A stretch of DNA of 63,374 nt, counting the filler, from Rhabdomonas costata (Eukaryota), in the NCBI GenBank assembly GCA_019059605.1. It is 52 parts of 52 records of this genome, joined end to end, with 100 filler letters (N's around TTAATTAATTAA, not from the genome) between each part and the next. Parts side by side here need not be neighbours in the genome. Positions count along the whole stretch, not along the records: positions 13,431 to 14,551 come from JAHMHO010027549.1; positions 14,652 to 15,772 come from JAHMHO010027550.1; positions 15,873 to 16,993 come from JAHMHO010027551.1; positions 17,094 to 18,214 come from JAHMHO010027552.1; positions 18,315 to 19,435 come from JAHMHO010027553.1; positions 19,536 to 20,655 come from JAHMHO010027554.1; positions 20,756 to 21,876 come from JAHMHO010027555.1; positions 21,977 to 23,097 come from JAHMHO010027556.1; 44 more parts are not named here. One strand, given 5' to 3'. This document shows, in pieces, positions 13,601 through 26,588 of this stretch. The stretch's first letter is position 1; each line of letters begins with the position of its first letter. The notes below the pieces were generated by a model that was given only the letters and a program-made list of their open reading frames with translations, was not told the origin of the DNA and made no database searches. A program made the translations under genes and the position numbers.

Positions 13601-14907
13601 AGCATAGAAAAGGAATTGCGAGTCATATGTCCCAACCCCTATTTTTTTCAAATGACCTCTTCAGGGCCGCCCAAGGGCATGGGTGTATACTGGCCTGACG
13701 GTTCAAGGACCGCCCACGCAGCGTTTCGGGAGACGCGGGCTAGCTGTGTGTATCGAAACAAAAACGAAAGTTTTCAGTTGACGTTGATAAATATAGCGGT
13801 AGGACTCCAGGACAGAAAAGGAAGGTAGAAATACCCATCCTTCACCATTTCGTATACTGTGTCTGCAGGCAAGACCCCAGGCTATTTCCGGCTCCCCTTT
13901 TCCTCGACGGGGAGTGCTGCTGCATTTATCCCTCGGATTGTTCGGTTTTGTTGTCCTGGAAAACATCATGGCGTGATTGGCCGAGGCGGGATCGAGGAGG
14001 ATCGAGGCCCAGAGACAGTGACACTCTATAAAGCCTTCCGTGCAACCGTCTCTGGCACACCCTCTGTAATCTCGTTCGTTTTCAGAAACGTCACAGGAAC
14101 ACCCCCTTTTTAGCGTTTTGCACCCCTGAAACAGATGGCGGCAACTCTTCCACACTCCGGACCATACACCCGCCGCCGCCCCGCCAGCCTGGCGCTGGTT
14201 TCGGCGGCGTCGGAGGATTCCCTTGCTGGGCTGAGCTGCTCCTCTTCCTGCTGCACCCCACGGCTTCCCCCTCCAGACCTGGGCGAGTTCCCTGAAGATG
14301 TCCCGCTGTGCCCTGCGATGTACACCACGGAGTTCCCCAGGGCTTCCACAAGCAACCCGGCGACGCTAATGCGGCCTTCACCTCACACTCGTTCTCTCAC
14401 TCCCCTCCGCACAGTGACTCCAACTGCCATTGGCAGCAGCAGCAGCGGTGGTGGCGGCGACGGGGGCGGGGTCCCCACCACCACCACCACCATCACAGCC
14501 ACGACCACCACCAGCCCCAGTACCAGCATATGGTGATGTCGAAAACACACANNNNNNNNNNNNNNNNNNNNNNNNNNNNNNNNNNNNNNNNNNNNTTAAT
14601 TAATTAANNNNNNNNNNNNNNNNNNNNNNNNNNNNNNNNNNNNNNNNNNNNACGAATTTTCGTCGATAATCTCTCCGCTGCCCTGGATAAAGAAGCGGCA
14701 CAAGATCAAAGAAAAAACACGAAAAGAGCCGCCAAGAGGCAGGGGGTGGGTAGCCTGAGGGTGCATGGACCACGCCGCGTTTTGGGAGACCCGCTGCAAA
14801 CAAAAGACCCCGGAACTACTGCGGCTTCGCTCTCTGGAAGGGGCTTCAACCGTCCGAAATAATGTCAACAATTAGGAGGGAAAAGACGGGAAGACGGGGG
14901 GGATTGC

Positions 14908-15759
14908 CTGTGGTGATGTCTTGAGATCGGCTGGCAGTGCCGCAGTTGATCACCACACTGGACCGCGACAGCGAGGCAGCACGAAGGAACATTGAGTCCA
15001 ATGGATTCAAAGAGTTGGTGAGAGCCGTGGAGTAGTTGCCTTGGAAGTCAGGGGTGAGGCTGTAGAGGGGCTCAAACACAGCGAGGACCTCGGCCTTCCC
15101 AGCCACAGTGATGGTGCCGACGTTGCGGAAGGCGAACGCCGAGAGGGCCTTTGTTCGGGTAGACTCCGCGACCAGGACGACCGTGCCGAAGGGCTGTTGG
15201 GGCAATGAACAGTCACAGGTAATAGAACCACCACATTTTTCGTGTCATGCAGCTTCAACCAATCCGCATAGAATTGCCTCTCTCCTTTGTTTGTGCCTCA
15301 GGCTTTTATTTTTCGCCGTTGTGACCATTGGGCAATAATTTGCTGCACCTGTTGTCGTCTTTAGGAGCTGCAAATAAAGAGCAGGAAAAAAGATCTAACA
15401 CAAATCGCTCCACAAGTGGGTCAACTTTGGTCAGCTCACTTGATGCTGCACATCGTTGTGCTCATCCAATGAGTCAAGAAGAGCCAGCGGGATGACAAAC
15501 CCCACAACAAAGTGAGCGTCTCGCACCGAAGGTCACAGCCGGGTGCAAAGACTGACCACCTGGCAAACACTAGTGTGGTGCGATTGGCCGCCCTGAAATC
15601 ACAAACATGAGCGCAACAAAGGGGTAGGGATGCACCTTATTGGCGGCTTCCAGGCGGCTTGCAAGGTTGACCCCATCCCCAAGCACGGTATAGTTGATGC
15701 GGCACTCACACCCGAAGTTGCCCACCAAAACGGTGTCGGTGTTGATCCCAATCCGAAAC
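14908..15759 (-). CDS. Class III adenylate/guanylate cyclase, C-terminal half of catalytic domain; exons 15759-15636 and 15193-14908
   Basis: [15 protein letters not shown]...[31 protein letters not shown]...[13 protein letters not shown], containing the canonical GDxVNxASRLE motif. Confidence 0.92.
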
Positions 15760-15911
15760 CTGAACACCAAACNNNNNNNNNNNNNNNNNNNNNNNNNNNN
15801 NNNNNNNNNNNNNNNNTTAATTAATTAANNNNNNNNNNNNNNNNNNNNNNNNNNNNNNNNNNNNNNNNNNNNGGGTGGTGGTCTCATTGAGAGGACCCAC
15901 CCAGCTCACCG

Positions 15912-16993
15912 GGGGCGAAATGGTCTTAATCCCTTCGAGGATGCACTCAGGACCGGTTTTCTGGGGTCCAACAGGCAATGAACTGTTTACCTTTGCATGC
16001 AACACCACCATCAACCAAGACCTGGGTCGGGTTGCTTGCAGCTTGAATGAAAGTTTTACATCGTTGTACCCCTACACTCACCTATGGCTCTTCCTATTCC
16101 CCACGGTGAGCTGGGTGGGTCCTCTCAATGAGACCATCGCCGTCCATGCGGGTTATTTCGAGCAGCTTCCTTCACTCCCGCAATTGTTGTAAGGGGCGTT
16201 CTGAACGTTTCTGTGCAAGTGCTGCCCACAATCGTGGTGCCCTCGGGCACATCCCTCCTCCTTCATTTTTGGATCACCTCGCCGGGGTTGTCGACAGGCG
16301 GGGAAAGTGTTGAGATTCCTGCTGCTGCCTCAGTGCTTTTTGACAATGTCACTTACAACATTGCCAACGATCCGAATGGAGCCCGCTACTGTGGAGTGCT
16401 CAATGGCTCCATGGTGTGCCCGCTGTCTTCCGATTTTCCGGGTGTGCACTGGTCACCTAACGGTACAAGTCTGTGGCTGTGGGTGAGACCTCCAACGAAC
16501 ACGGTGGGCTGGTGGCCCGGTTCGGTGGTGTTCAAGGCCAGCGGGTTTGAGGAGGCTGTTCGCTCTCAACTCTTCTTTCTCATGGGTTTCACCAATATTA
16601 CGGTTACGCCGGTTCCCTCTGTGGTCGTCTCCACTCCTGTTGGCACCCAAGTGGTTGCTCGTGTGGATGTCAACTCTTCCGGTGCCTCGCGGGCAAACGA
16701 GCAGATTGCTATCCCAAGGAACTATGTTCTGGAAAGCGCAGGCGTCGCGTGGTCCACAACTGCCGATCCTCTCCTCTCTGAACCTTGCGTCACCTCTCAC
16801 GCAGAGTTTGTGTGCGCCTTGAACGCCAGGCCCGGGTTTCACTTCAACTTTTCAGGCACTCACACGCTGTGGCTTTGGTTCACCCCGCTGCCCAGTATTG
16901 TCGGTCCTTTGGGGGCCTTTGTGGCTGTGCGCGCTCTGAACTTTGAAGATAGCGTCACCATTCCGAACATCACCGTTCTGGCCACCAACACAC
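15912..16993 (+). CDS. Extracellular-type protein with three divergent ~120-aa repeats, partial; frame change near 16160-16195
   Basis: Recurring pattern ExxxIP...CxL...LWLxxxP...G...xAxxFE, many N-x-S/T sequons, and an open frame from 16213 to the contig end. Confidence 0.65.
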
Positions 16994-19766
16994 NNNNNNN
17001 NNNNNNNNNNNNNNNNNNNNNNNNNNNNNNNNNNNNNTTAATTAATTAANNNNNNNNNNNNNNNNNNNNNNNNNNNNNNNNNNNNNNNNNNNNGTTTTGT
17101 GGGGAGCAGTGGAAGGCAGTGGAAGGCAGTGGTTGGGATTTGGGATGGGTCACATAGCAACGGAACGAGTGCAGTGAACGAAAGTGGCGATAGCATTGGG
17201 AGAGGGCGAGAAGACATGAGAGTGGAGAGAAGACAGTGCCTGACATATGGGCTGAGGTTCGTCGGGGTGGCCACACCTGCTGCCAGACTCCAAGGCGTGA
17301 CAGTCCGTGTGGAAGTTCAGGCATTGACAAGTGGACTAACATGCACGCAACTGTCAAGCGCTTCTCCGAGATTGCGCCAACGGATGTCCGGAGAAGAGAC
17401 CACAGAATTCCGAGGCAGACCAGGACAGGGGAAAGGAGAACGAAAGAGGAAAGGACAAAACGTACCAATGAAAGTACTCGGGTTATTACCGACGCACATT
17501 CTGCACGCCAAATCAACGCCAGAGCGCATCGCACACCTTTGAGCCACACCAAAGGGTGACTGCACGCTTGACATCATTTTCCAGCACTAAAAAAAAGAAA
17601 GCCCGAGAGAAACAGATATCTACGATTTTCAAGGAGAACCTCTCCGCATACAAAGGGTGGGGGTTTCCCTTGCCAGGAAAAATTGGAAGGAAGATTACAG
17701 CGAAAAACGATGCGCACAGAGAGGAGACCAAAGAGAAAAACATGATACATACAACTTCCGGGCCATATTCACATTGCAGGAAGGAATTCCACAATCACAC
17801 ACGCTCACCACTCTGCAAAAGAAAGACCGGAAGGAGGATAATCCGGAAATCGGATCCACCCAAATACAAGAAACACGCACGAAACATACACGGGCTACCC
17901 AAAACATGCTGGATGTGTTCACAATGCCCCGCTACAATAGCCAAACCTCCTTCCTGGGCTCGACCGCCGCTCGTCTATATCTCTCTCTTCCGGGAACGCA
18001 AACTGCCGTAACCTCGGAATCCGTCAATATGCACAGAGAAACTCAAACGATGCAGCTCCCCCACGCGGTCCCGACCCATCTTCTGACCTCTCAGGAAGAC
18101 GCTGGCGTCTAAGCAGAGATGCGTGTATTGGCTCAGCGGGAATCACAAAAAGCCCAGCGAAGAAATAGCATTCCAGCGTCACAACAACAAGAGAACTGAT
18201 AGCCCCACACAACCNNNNNNNNNNNNNNNNNNNNNNNNNNNNNNNNNNNNNNNNNNNNTTAATTAATTAANNNNNNNNNNNNNNNNNNNNNNNNNNNNNN
18301 NNNNNNNNNNNNNNGGAGCAGTGATTGTGGAGGGAAGAAGGAAGCTGAGCAGGGGTTGCGTGGGGTGGCAGGTCGGCAGGTGTTGGAACGAACGGTGCCG
18401 TGGGGACCGGAACCGGCTCACCACCGAACGTTCCACACATGGTGTGTATGCGTGTGTGTGTGTGTAGGGGAAGGGGCTGTCCACCGTTTCTTCGAGGAAT
18501 CTGCCGAGGACGGCATCAGAGTGGTGCCGCGAGTAGTTCGCGGCAAGAAGGCTGTGGCATGCTGGGGCAGAAAAACCGTGCCGTCGGTGCGATCCACGGT
18601 GAAGTGCAGCGCCGTCAAGACTTCAGGGTCAACCTCTGGCGTGGATGATTGCTGCAGGGAAGGCTCCAAGGCCGTGGATGTGGTCAGGGAGGCCGTGGGG
18701 TCGGCCAAGCTGAGCACCCAAAACACCCCCCAGTGTGCTACGCACATGTGGAAAAGAGATCAGTGTGGATGCATCCCTGAGAAAACCAGGAGCCATAGAT
18801 CAATGTGAAATGCCAAAGGAGGAAATCAGAGATGGCGCAGGAATGGGGGCTGTGGTGGTTCAGTCCTGAAGGATGAAGTGATCTGCCATTTTCAAACTGA
18901 GATTGTCCACCCTACCTCCCATTCAGATGCCGCAGCATCCCACTATTTCGGAGCCAGCCACCTCGCGCACGCAAAGCGACCCACAGACATACCTCGCAAC
19001 AACATATGACAACAGAGGAATTCTGTCGTCTTGCTGAAATCACACCATCACCCAAGCCCAAGCATCCCACCCTCCCCCGCCAATAAATAAAGAAAGAGAA
19101 AGTGTATGGGTCAGCAGGACCTGAGCTCCTGCGGCGGAGTGAGGGGCCGGCGGGGGTGCACGATGAGCTCCTGGAACAGCTCCCCCTTCCCAGACTCGCC
19201 CTTGTGACCCTCGTCCTCACCACCCAAGCCAAGGCCGTCCTCGTCTTCCCCGGCATGGTCGGGGCCGGGCACAGCGGGCCCCAAGTCTTCCTCCCTGGCA
19301 CCGATCCCCACACGACAAAGGGTGAGGGTGGATGGGGTCCAGGGCGAAAAAAAAGCAGGAAATCTTTCCACCATCACAAGGGTAACTCCCCTCTCGCTAC
19401 ACAAGAATGCCAGCCCCATTGGCGGACCACCACACNNNNNNNNNNNNNNNNNNNNNNNNNNNNNNNNNNNNNNNNNNNNTTAATTAATTAANNNNNNNNN
19501 NNNNNNNNNNNNNNNNNNNNNNNNNNNNNNNNNNNAAGTACGTAGCTTCGGAAGGGCTTCTTGTTTTTTTCTTTGTCCTTGTTTTTTGTTTGGAGGGGAA
19601 GGGGGTGTGGGGTGCGTGAAACGTGAACGATAGACGATACGTTGGACTCTTCACAAAAAAATCATGTAGTGGTCACTGGAACCATCAGGCCGGCCGCCGG
19701 AGGTCCGTATTCTGGGTTGGCGTTTTTCGCCCCATTTTTCCCTGGTCCGTTTGTGTTGCTTTTCAG

Positions 19767-20380
19767 CTCAAGACCTGGCCAATAGGGAGCTTTTCCCCGT
19801 GCTGGAGCGGCACCAGCGCCGCTTTGCTGCTCACGAGCCCGCGCTTCAGCGGGTATGGGATCTCCGTTTGAACACTGACCAACCCGAGGTCGTCCAGGTT
19901 TTGGAGCAGGCCCGGCACACCCTGCGCACTGCGCATGCCGAGCTCGAAGCCCTTCTCGAAGCCCTTCGGTCGACCTACGCCCCTCAGGCGGAAATTGCGA
20001 TGTCCATTGAGGTGATTGAGTGGCTGGAGCGAGCCAAAAGCTTGGTTTACAACGCGGACTTCTGCGTATCCAAGGGCTCCGAGGCCTCCCGGATGCTGGC
20101 CGTATACCGCGCGGGTGCCCCGGTGTGTCCCCCTGCCCACCGGGCGGATGGTGCTCTGAGCAGGCTCGCCCACCGTGTGGAGAAGGCCCTGGCGCCGAGC
20201 TTCCACGAGCGGAAGAAGGCGGAGCATCTGCACAAAATTGCGCCGCGCCGCGCTGCCATGATCGTCCCAGTGTATGTGCCCTACCCCCGGAAGTCCTCGT
20301 GGCAGTCCGCGCTGGAGGAGCAGGATCTGTTCTATGGGGAGCGCGGGATGAAGGGATGGGCGAGTGTTCTGGCCTCCTAA
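19767..20380 (+). CDS. Terminal exon of an uncharacterised alpha-helical protein
   Basis: ~204 GC-rich codons after a pyrimidine tract and CAG, ending in TAA followed by U-rich 3' sequence. No family recognised. Confidence 0.65.
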
Positions 20381-20954
20381 CCTAACCTTACCACCTCAGT
20401 GGTAAGCCGCTTTTAAGGGCATGGGAAGGCCTCTGCGTTCTCATCACGTTGTCAGGCCCTCTCTTTGTTTTCTCTGGCGGTGGGTGTTGTTTTCTGGTGT
20501 TCGGTATGTGGGTGGCAATTTGATTCCTTTTGTGGGCTTTGATTGCTCGTTGGCTTTGCCCTGTGTTGGCGAATGATGCCTTTATTTGGTGCGCGTTATT
20601 CTGCTTTTTCTTTTGCGCCTGTTTCGGTCAATCCCATTGGGTGTCCCCCCACCCCNNNNNNNNNNNNNNNNNNNNNNNNNNNNNNNNNNNNNNNNNNNNT
20701 TAATTAATTAANNNNNNNNNNNNNNNNNNNNNNNNNNNNNNNNNNNNNNNNNNNNGAAAAGCAAGATTATCGTGGTGTACAGAAACGCGAGAACATCGAA
20801 GGTCACTTGCCCCCTCTTCTGTCAGCCCGCAGTTGTTCCTGGGGCTGCGCTGTCGCTTTCTGATTTTCTGCAGCCTGTTGGGCCCCCACAAACCCCATGC
20901 AATGAATGTGTTTTCCCACACACCACACAGAGGAAGTTTAGCATCACCACACAC

Positions 20955-21697
20955 CTCTGCAAGGCCCACAAAGGAGCAGAGGTACTCCAGCTCCTTCCCG
21001 CGGGTTCGGCGAGCAAGAATTCTCTCCACCTATAATAATTGGTGAATTGGTGGTAACCAAGGCCAGAAAAGTGCATACCCCCCGAATGCTGAATCATAAA
21101 TCCAGCGATGCGAGGCACTTGTTCAAGGTCACATGTTTAAGGCGGCAAAAAAGCAAAGCGCAGCAAACTGGCAGAGGAGAGCGACACTTTATCCAATCCA
21201 GCTTGTGCAAAACACCCAGAGGGCTGGAGTGATTGTCGGGTACCCATTGATTGCCATTCTCAGAACACAACGAGGCTGCCAACGGCTAACCGCTGCCAGC
21301 GATGAGAACCAAAAACGGGCCTCAATGACCGTAACAACGGGCCATAACTGAGATAGAAAAGGCATCTGAGGCAGCTGGTACCCGCTCCAGCACATGATTG
21401 CAAATACAAATGCCACGTGCGCCAACGCCCGCTAACAGCATACCTGGCCAAAGGACTGCCCCACCAGCGCGGCTTCTTCGGAGGAGAGAGCGAGACTCTC
21501 CTTGGACAGCGCCTCGCGGTCCACTCCGCCGTGGAACCTCCACATGAGGTACTCCACGGGGCTGCGGTGCAGGTGGGCCTCGACGTGGTGGAAGCTGTGC
21601 TGCGCGACGTACGCGATGCGCAGGTTGTGGTGTTTGTAGACATCCCCGGAGGTCGGCATCAGCTCGCCCACCAGCAGCCGAATCAGAGTGGTCTTCC
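20955..21697 (-). CDS. eEF3/New1-type ABC-F ATPase (second ABC domain with chromodomain insert); exons 21697-21444 and 21029-20955
   Basis: GKTTLIRLLVGELMPTSGDVYKHHNLRIAYVAQHSFHHVEAHL...EYLMWRF.GG.DRE followed by VERILARRTRGKELEYLCSF. The AQHxFHH motif plus the chromo insert is diagnostic of the eEF3 family. Confidence 0.88.
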
Positions 21698-22140
21698 CTA
21701 ACCACCACCATACGAACAGCCATGTGAGAGTGTGGAGGGAGTTTCTGGAAGTCTTTCCCGCACTGCGGTTGCCGTGAAATGAGAGCAGAGTAATTGTCTA
21801 CAGGAACAAACACAAGACAGTCGCTTTACCGTGCACTGAGAAACCAAGCCACGGTTTAATAGAGCACACACACATANNNNNNNNNNNNNNNNNNNNNNNN
21901 NNNNNNNNNNNNNNNNNNNNTTAATTAATTAANNNNNNNNNNNNNNNNNNNNNNNNNNNNNNNNNNNNNNNNNNNNTGTGTTGGTGATAAAAGGTTCGTT
22001 TCCTTCCTTCCTTCCTTGCCCTTCTCGGAATACTCTGTAGAATTCAGTTCTGAATGTATCCCCCGCTTCCCACACACGCACGCGCACCCGTGGCCAATAG
22101 CGGGTTCACAGTGCTCTTCATTTTTCTGTATTTTCTGCAG

Positions 22141-22514
22141 GACTTTGGCACTGTGTGCTTGGGTGAGGTTGCCACTCGTACTGTCATTATCAAAAATCCC
22201 TCTAAGACCGCCGCTTCGGTCGGGATTGTAGGGGGTGTGTGAGGCCCAATTTTTTGTTTCTTTTCTTGTTTGTTCTTCTACTCGCCTGTAACTGTGGCTC
22301 TTTGGCTCTTTACGTGGCAGAGAGCCGGCTTTCGCATGCTGGACTGAACTTCAGCGAACCTGGACCGTTCTGTATTCCGCCATGTGGCATGATGGAAATC
22401 AAGCTGTGCTGGACCCCAAAGAGCTTTGGAGTTCTCCAGCACATCCTGCACCTTCACTGGAAAGAACGCGCAGCCATTGAGCTGACTGTGAGTGGCTCCG
22501 TTAGTCGACCTGTG
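22141..22514 (+). CDS. ASH (ASPM-SPD2-Hydin) domain, ASPM-like; exons 22141-22234 and 22321-22514
   Basis: DFGTVCLGEVATRTVIIKNPS...FCIPPCGMMEIKLCWTPKSFG matches the ASH pattern FGxV..G....L.NP...WTP. Phase-1 GT-AG intron. Confidence 0.72.
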
Positions 22515-23680
22515 GTGTGCGTCTTGCTTGTTTTTGCATGGAGGACTCTGAAGCTGTGTTTAAAAAAATTTGTCGAAAAGTCGGCGGTAAAGAGCGTAAA
22601 TGAAACCTAACGGCTCAACCCCAGCAACCGGGAACTCTCCATGAGTGTATGAGAGAGAAAGCGAGAACAATTGCCAAAGCTCCGGCTTGGTGTGTGACGA
22701 CCGTGAAGTTATCAATCATGGATCTGTTTAACGTAATGGTTCAAATCCGGAATTTTTCGACGTCTTCATACAAATATGGGACTCCCCTACATTGTGGCCG
22801 AAACCAAACGAACTTTCGGGACTCTCCTGACCCCAAGGACCGGCCACGTAGCGTTTTGGGGGGCCTGCTGTATATACAAAAGACCCCAGGCCTGCTTCGG
22901 CTTAGCCCTCTGCAGTAGTTGCTGTGGTGGATCTCTTGCCTTCCAAAACTCTTAAGCATTCCCAGTTTTTTCGTTCAGCTTGCCTTGTTTTGCCCGTTGT
23001 GTGGTGTTTGCAGTCTCGACGTGCAGAGTCTGCCGTAGCTCAGTTCTGTCAGAAATGGGCCCCAAGGGAGCCCACCCCTGCCCCGCGACAAACACCCNNN
23101 NNNNNNNNNNNNNNNNNNNNNNNNNNNNNNNNNNNNNNNNNTTAATTAATTAANNNNNNNNNNNNNNNNNNNNNNNNNNNNNNNNNNNNNNNNNNNNGGG
23201 TGGTGTGCCAATGTCGCTGCCACGAGCATTCGAGAAAAGAGGTAATGGATGGTAATGAAAAAGAGGACTTTCGAGTTGATCTCACAAATATTTTGGACTG
23301 TACATTGCACATCGCATCACTGTTTCTTGAGCTGTTCTTAATCTCCATTTCTCTGTATGGTCCTTCTTGATTGTGGCTGTACAGCCTCTTGCTCCTTGGC
23401 CTGGCGCCATTTTTGAGCCGCGCGGGAGACCACTCCTTATTGGTTTTATATCGTTGCCCAACATCAGACCAGTGTTTTTGTCAACATTTGGTCAACCTTG
23501 AAGACATCTTCCGGAGCTTGTATCATAGATGGCCGCTCTGCTGTTGCTCTTCATCCATGCCTCCCCTTGCCTTTTGTGCGCTGCATCTTCGCTTTGTCCA
23601 CAGAAAGTTCCGCCTCCGGGGTCAGCTCAAGGGGCCCGGACCGCCATCACACGGTCTCCTTTAAGACCCCGGCTTCACAG

Positions 23681-24293
23681 CCCCGGAAGTCGACCGTCGC
23701 TGGAAGCAGCCCCGAGGGCCGACAAAGTGAGGTGAGCGGGCGCGAGGGCAGGCGGACGCCAGGGGTGACGCGGCAGGCAGGGGTTCGGTTGGGGGCGGCT
23801 GCAGGGGTCGGCCTGCAGAGTCGGATGGCTACCTTTCTGGTGCTGAACATCACAAGGTCGTGGCGGTTTATGATTCTGCTTTGAGATATTTTTGGTGGCT
23901 GTTTATGTTACATCCTCCTAACGCACATACTGTGCTGAACTATGCTTGTCCTCTCACTCTCACTTGAGGTGCCTTCCGACCAGATGCTTGAGCGTCGCTA
24001 ATCGCCAGAGGGGCGGCCTGATTCGGGCGGAGCCCTCCACCATTCCCAGGAGTCATTCCCTTCTCCAACTATGTCATGTAACTGTGACCAGGACCCAAGA
24101 TGTATTTCATACTATCAATAATTTGCCTCGCCGAAGCTACCACGAGTTCTTTGCGGCTTCGGAGATGCCCGCGCTGGTGGCCTTCCAGGCCCAGTACGTG
24201 GCCGCTGTGGAGGAGGCCGTGAAGCAAAACCGAGGCTTGGTGCACCGCGTCTCTGGGGATAAGGTGCTGGCCAGCTGGAACACCACCACCCGG
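23681..24293 (+). CDS. Degenerate class III nucleotide cyclase-like domain; exons 23681-23856 and 24137-24293
   Basis: ATFLVLNIT|SYH...VEEAVKQNRGLVHRVSGDKVLASWN. The G.v.r..GD...a.wN pattern is present and the first metal-binding Asp appears replaced by Asn. Confidence 0.7.
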
Positions 24294-24518
24294 GTGTGTT
24301 TATGAGTGCTGACACAACNNNNNNNNNNNNNNNNNNNNNNNNNNNNNNNNNNNNNNNNNNNNTTAATTAATTAANNNNNNNNNNNNNNNNNNNNNNNNNN
24401 NNNNNNNNNNNNNNNNNNCTGGTCCACTGCACACACACAGACACACACCAGCATCAGCATTACAGAAAGTTAGGGGTGGTTCATCAAGGGTACTCCTCAT
24501 CCCCATAGAGCAACCAAC

Positions 24519-24703
24519 CTGGATCAGGACTGCGGGCTGCTGGTCAGAACAGGTGGTGAAGATGACTGCCTTCCTGCAGGGGATGGTGGTGTTGCGACGG
24601 ATCACGGGAATCATCCTTCCACTCGCACTGCCCACCCCAAGGCTCAAGGGGGTGACATCCAGCAGCAGGAGGCCTTGAGGTTCCGGTTCTGGCACACACA
24701 GCC
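24519..24703 (-). CDS. Hsp70-family exon (linker and start of substrate-binding domain), divergent
   Basis: [13 protein letters not shown]...[11 protein letters not shown]...[14 protein letters not shown] with AG/GT boundaries. Confidence 0.92.
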
Positions 24704-25639
24704 CTGGGTGTGCATGCGCGTGTGCGTGTGTGCGGTTACGTTTGAAGAAATGGGGAGAATTGAATGGAGTTGGGAAAGAAACCAGAAAACAGCCGCATAT
24801 GACGCTTTGTCGTTGTGCGCAGTTTTTCGCTGAGCGTTTTCGACCTTTGTTCTCCTCAGGAGCGCATTTGAGTGAGAGGAAATACCACAAAAATATGGTA
24901 GACAAAAATGGCAGTTAATGAGAAGGGCGGCAGGGGCGAAATGATATGTATGATTCGACCAACGGGAGCCGTTGTTTTGGTGACGTGCCTAGAAACTGCG
25001 GGCTGCTCATTCAGCAAACGTTCATTCAACCTCCACCACTCCATGCATTCTGCTCCTGCAAACCGCATTTCTCAACCGGTCGACTTGCAGGTACGTCGAA
25101 GTAAAAAAAAGAACTGTGCTGTATGTGCACAGCGAAAGTAGACAAAACATACTCGCAGAAGATGCGTGGAAGGAGGGTGCGGCCACGCTGCGGCGACGCT
25201 CGTCACAGAACTGCAAAAAAAGCGAAGGGGCAAAGGATGTATTTTTGGGGTGGGGGCGAACCCATCCTCCATATGGGAACTAATAGAAAATGGTAGGTAC
25301 TGGACGAATGAAAGGCACAAAGCGAGGAAGGTGAATAAGGAATCTCGATAGAAGATTTGCGCAGCGGTTTTAAGGTTGGTGCAAGTGTCCCATGAGGTGT
25401 CCACCGACTCACCCGCCCTCGATTGGCACAACCTTGGGGTTTCCCGTGGTACCACTGGTGTAAATCAAGCTGCAGCACTGCCCCACCGAAAAGTTGCTGC
25501 CCAGGGCAACAACGGCGGCCTCCGTAACACCAACCAACCNNNNNNNNNNNNNNNNNNNNNNNNNNNNNNNNNNNNNNNNNNNNTTAATTAATTAANNNNN
25601 NNNNNNNNNNNNNNNNNNNNNNNNNNNNNNNNNNNNNNN

Positions 25640-26588
25640 AGGCCGTGGCGGCGGTGGCGCCCAACGGGGTTTGGGCTGTGGTGAACAACGCGGGGATCTT
25701 CGGAGAGTTCAAGTTCGAGCTGACTCCGGTGGAGCTCTTCCAGCGCACCATGGACGTCAACTACATGGGCACCGTTCGTGTGATCAAGGTGCACGGTGCA
25801 CAGCACTTTCACTGATCGTCTTTCTTCCGACTGGGGGGTGGGGGGAGGAGCGTGCTTCCCGGTCGACGTGTCAAATCTCTTCCACCAGGCCTGGGGACCT
25901 GCACCAGTCGTCCGTGGCCTCCTCGGAAAAGGCTTGGAATATCAGAGTGGCAAGGACACTTTTTTTGGCTCCAAAAGTGACCCCCGTCTCTCACTTCAGG
26001 GGCTGGGTGAGGGGTTGCGGAAGGGGTCCGTGACCCCGGGCAACCGCCTTTTTCGCTAGAACGCAGCGCAGCTCAAGCTTCCTCGCAAACCTTGGGCGCG
26101 CAACCACACTGACGCTCCTTTTTTGTTTTGGATGCGGGCCTCAGGAGTTCCTGCCGCTGCTGAAGAAGGCGAAGGGCCGAGTGATCAACCTGAGCAGCTG
26201 TGGGGGTATCATTGCGTATCCCCCGCTGACGGCGTACTCCTCGAGCAAATTTGCTGTGGGGGTGCTTTATGTGTGAGTTTGAGTGGGTGTTCGTTTGATT
26301 TTGTGTCTTTTTAGAGCTACTCCTATTGCTGCTTTGCGCTTTTGGGGGATTTTTTCTGCTTGCGAAGTTGAGCGGGACATACCAAAATCTGAGTTTCGTA
26401 ACATACCTTTATTTACGCTTTCTAGGGATCTCTGCTTGCGAAGTTGAGCGGGGCAATATAGCAAATGAGAGTAGGCCTCCGTTTCCATTGCGAAGATTGA
26501 GATGTTTGAGTTTTCAGGTTCCGGGCCACTCTTTGCTCAGGCCCTGTCCGATGTCCTGCGGCTGGAGCTTCGCCACTACGGCATTAAG
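25640..26588 (+). CDS. Short-chain dehydrogenase/reductase (retinol/17-beta-HSD-like); exons 25640-25788, 26145-26261, 26541-26588
   Basis: VVNNAGI...MDVNYMGTVRVIK|EFLPLLKKAKGRVINLSS...AYSSSKFAVG|ALSDVLRLELRHYGIK, with NNAG and YxxxK motifs. Confidence 0.93.

Noticed and set aside
15879-16136. 33-bp inverted repeat suggesting an invertible segment
   Set aside because: The first arm is an inverted copy of coding sequence at the very contig start; a chimera is the simpler explanation.
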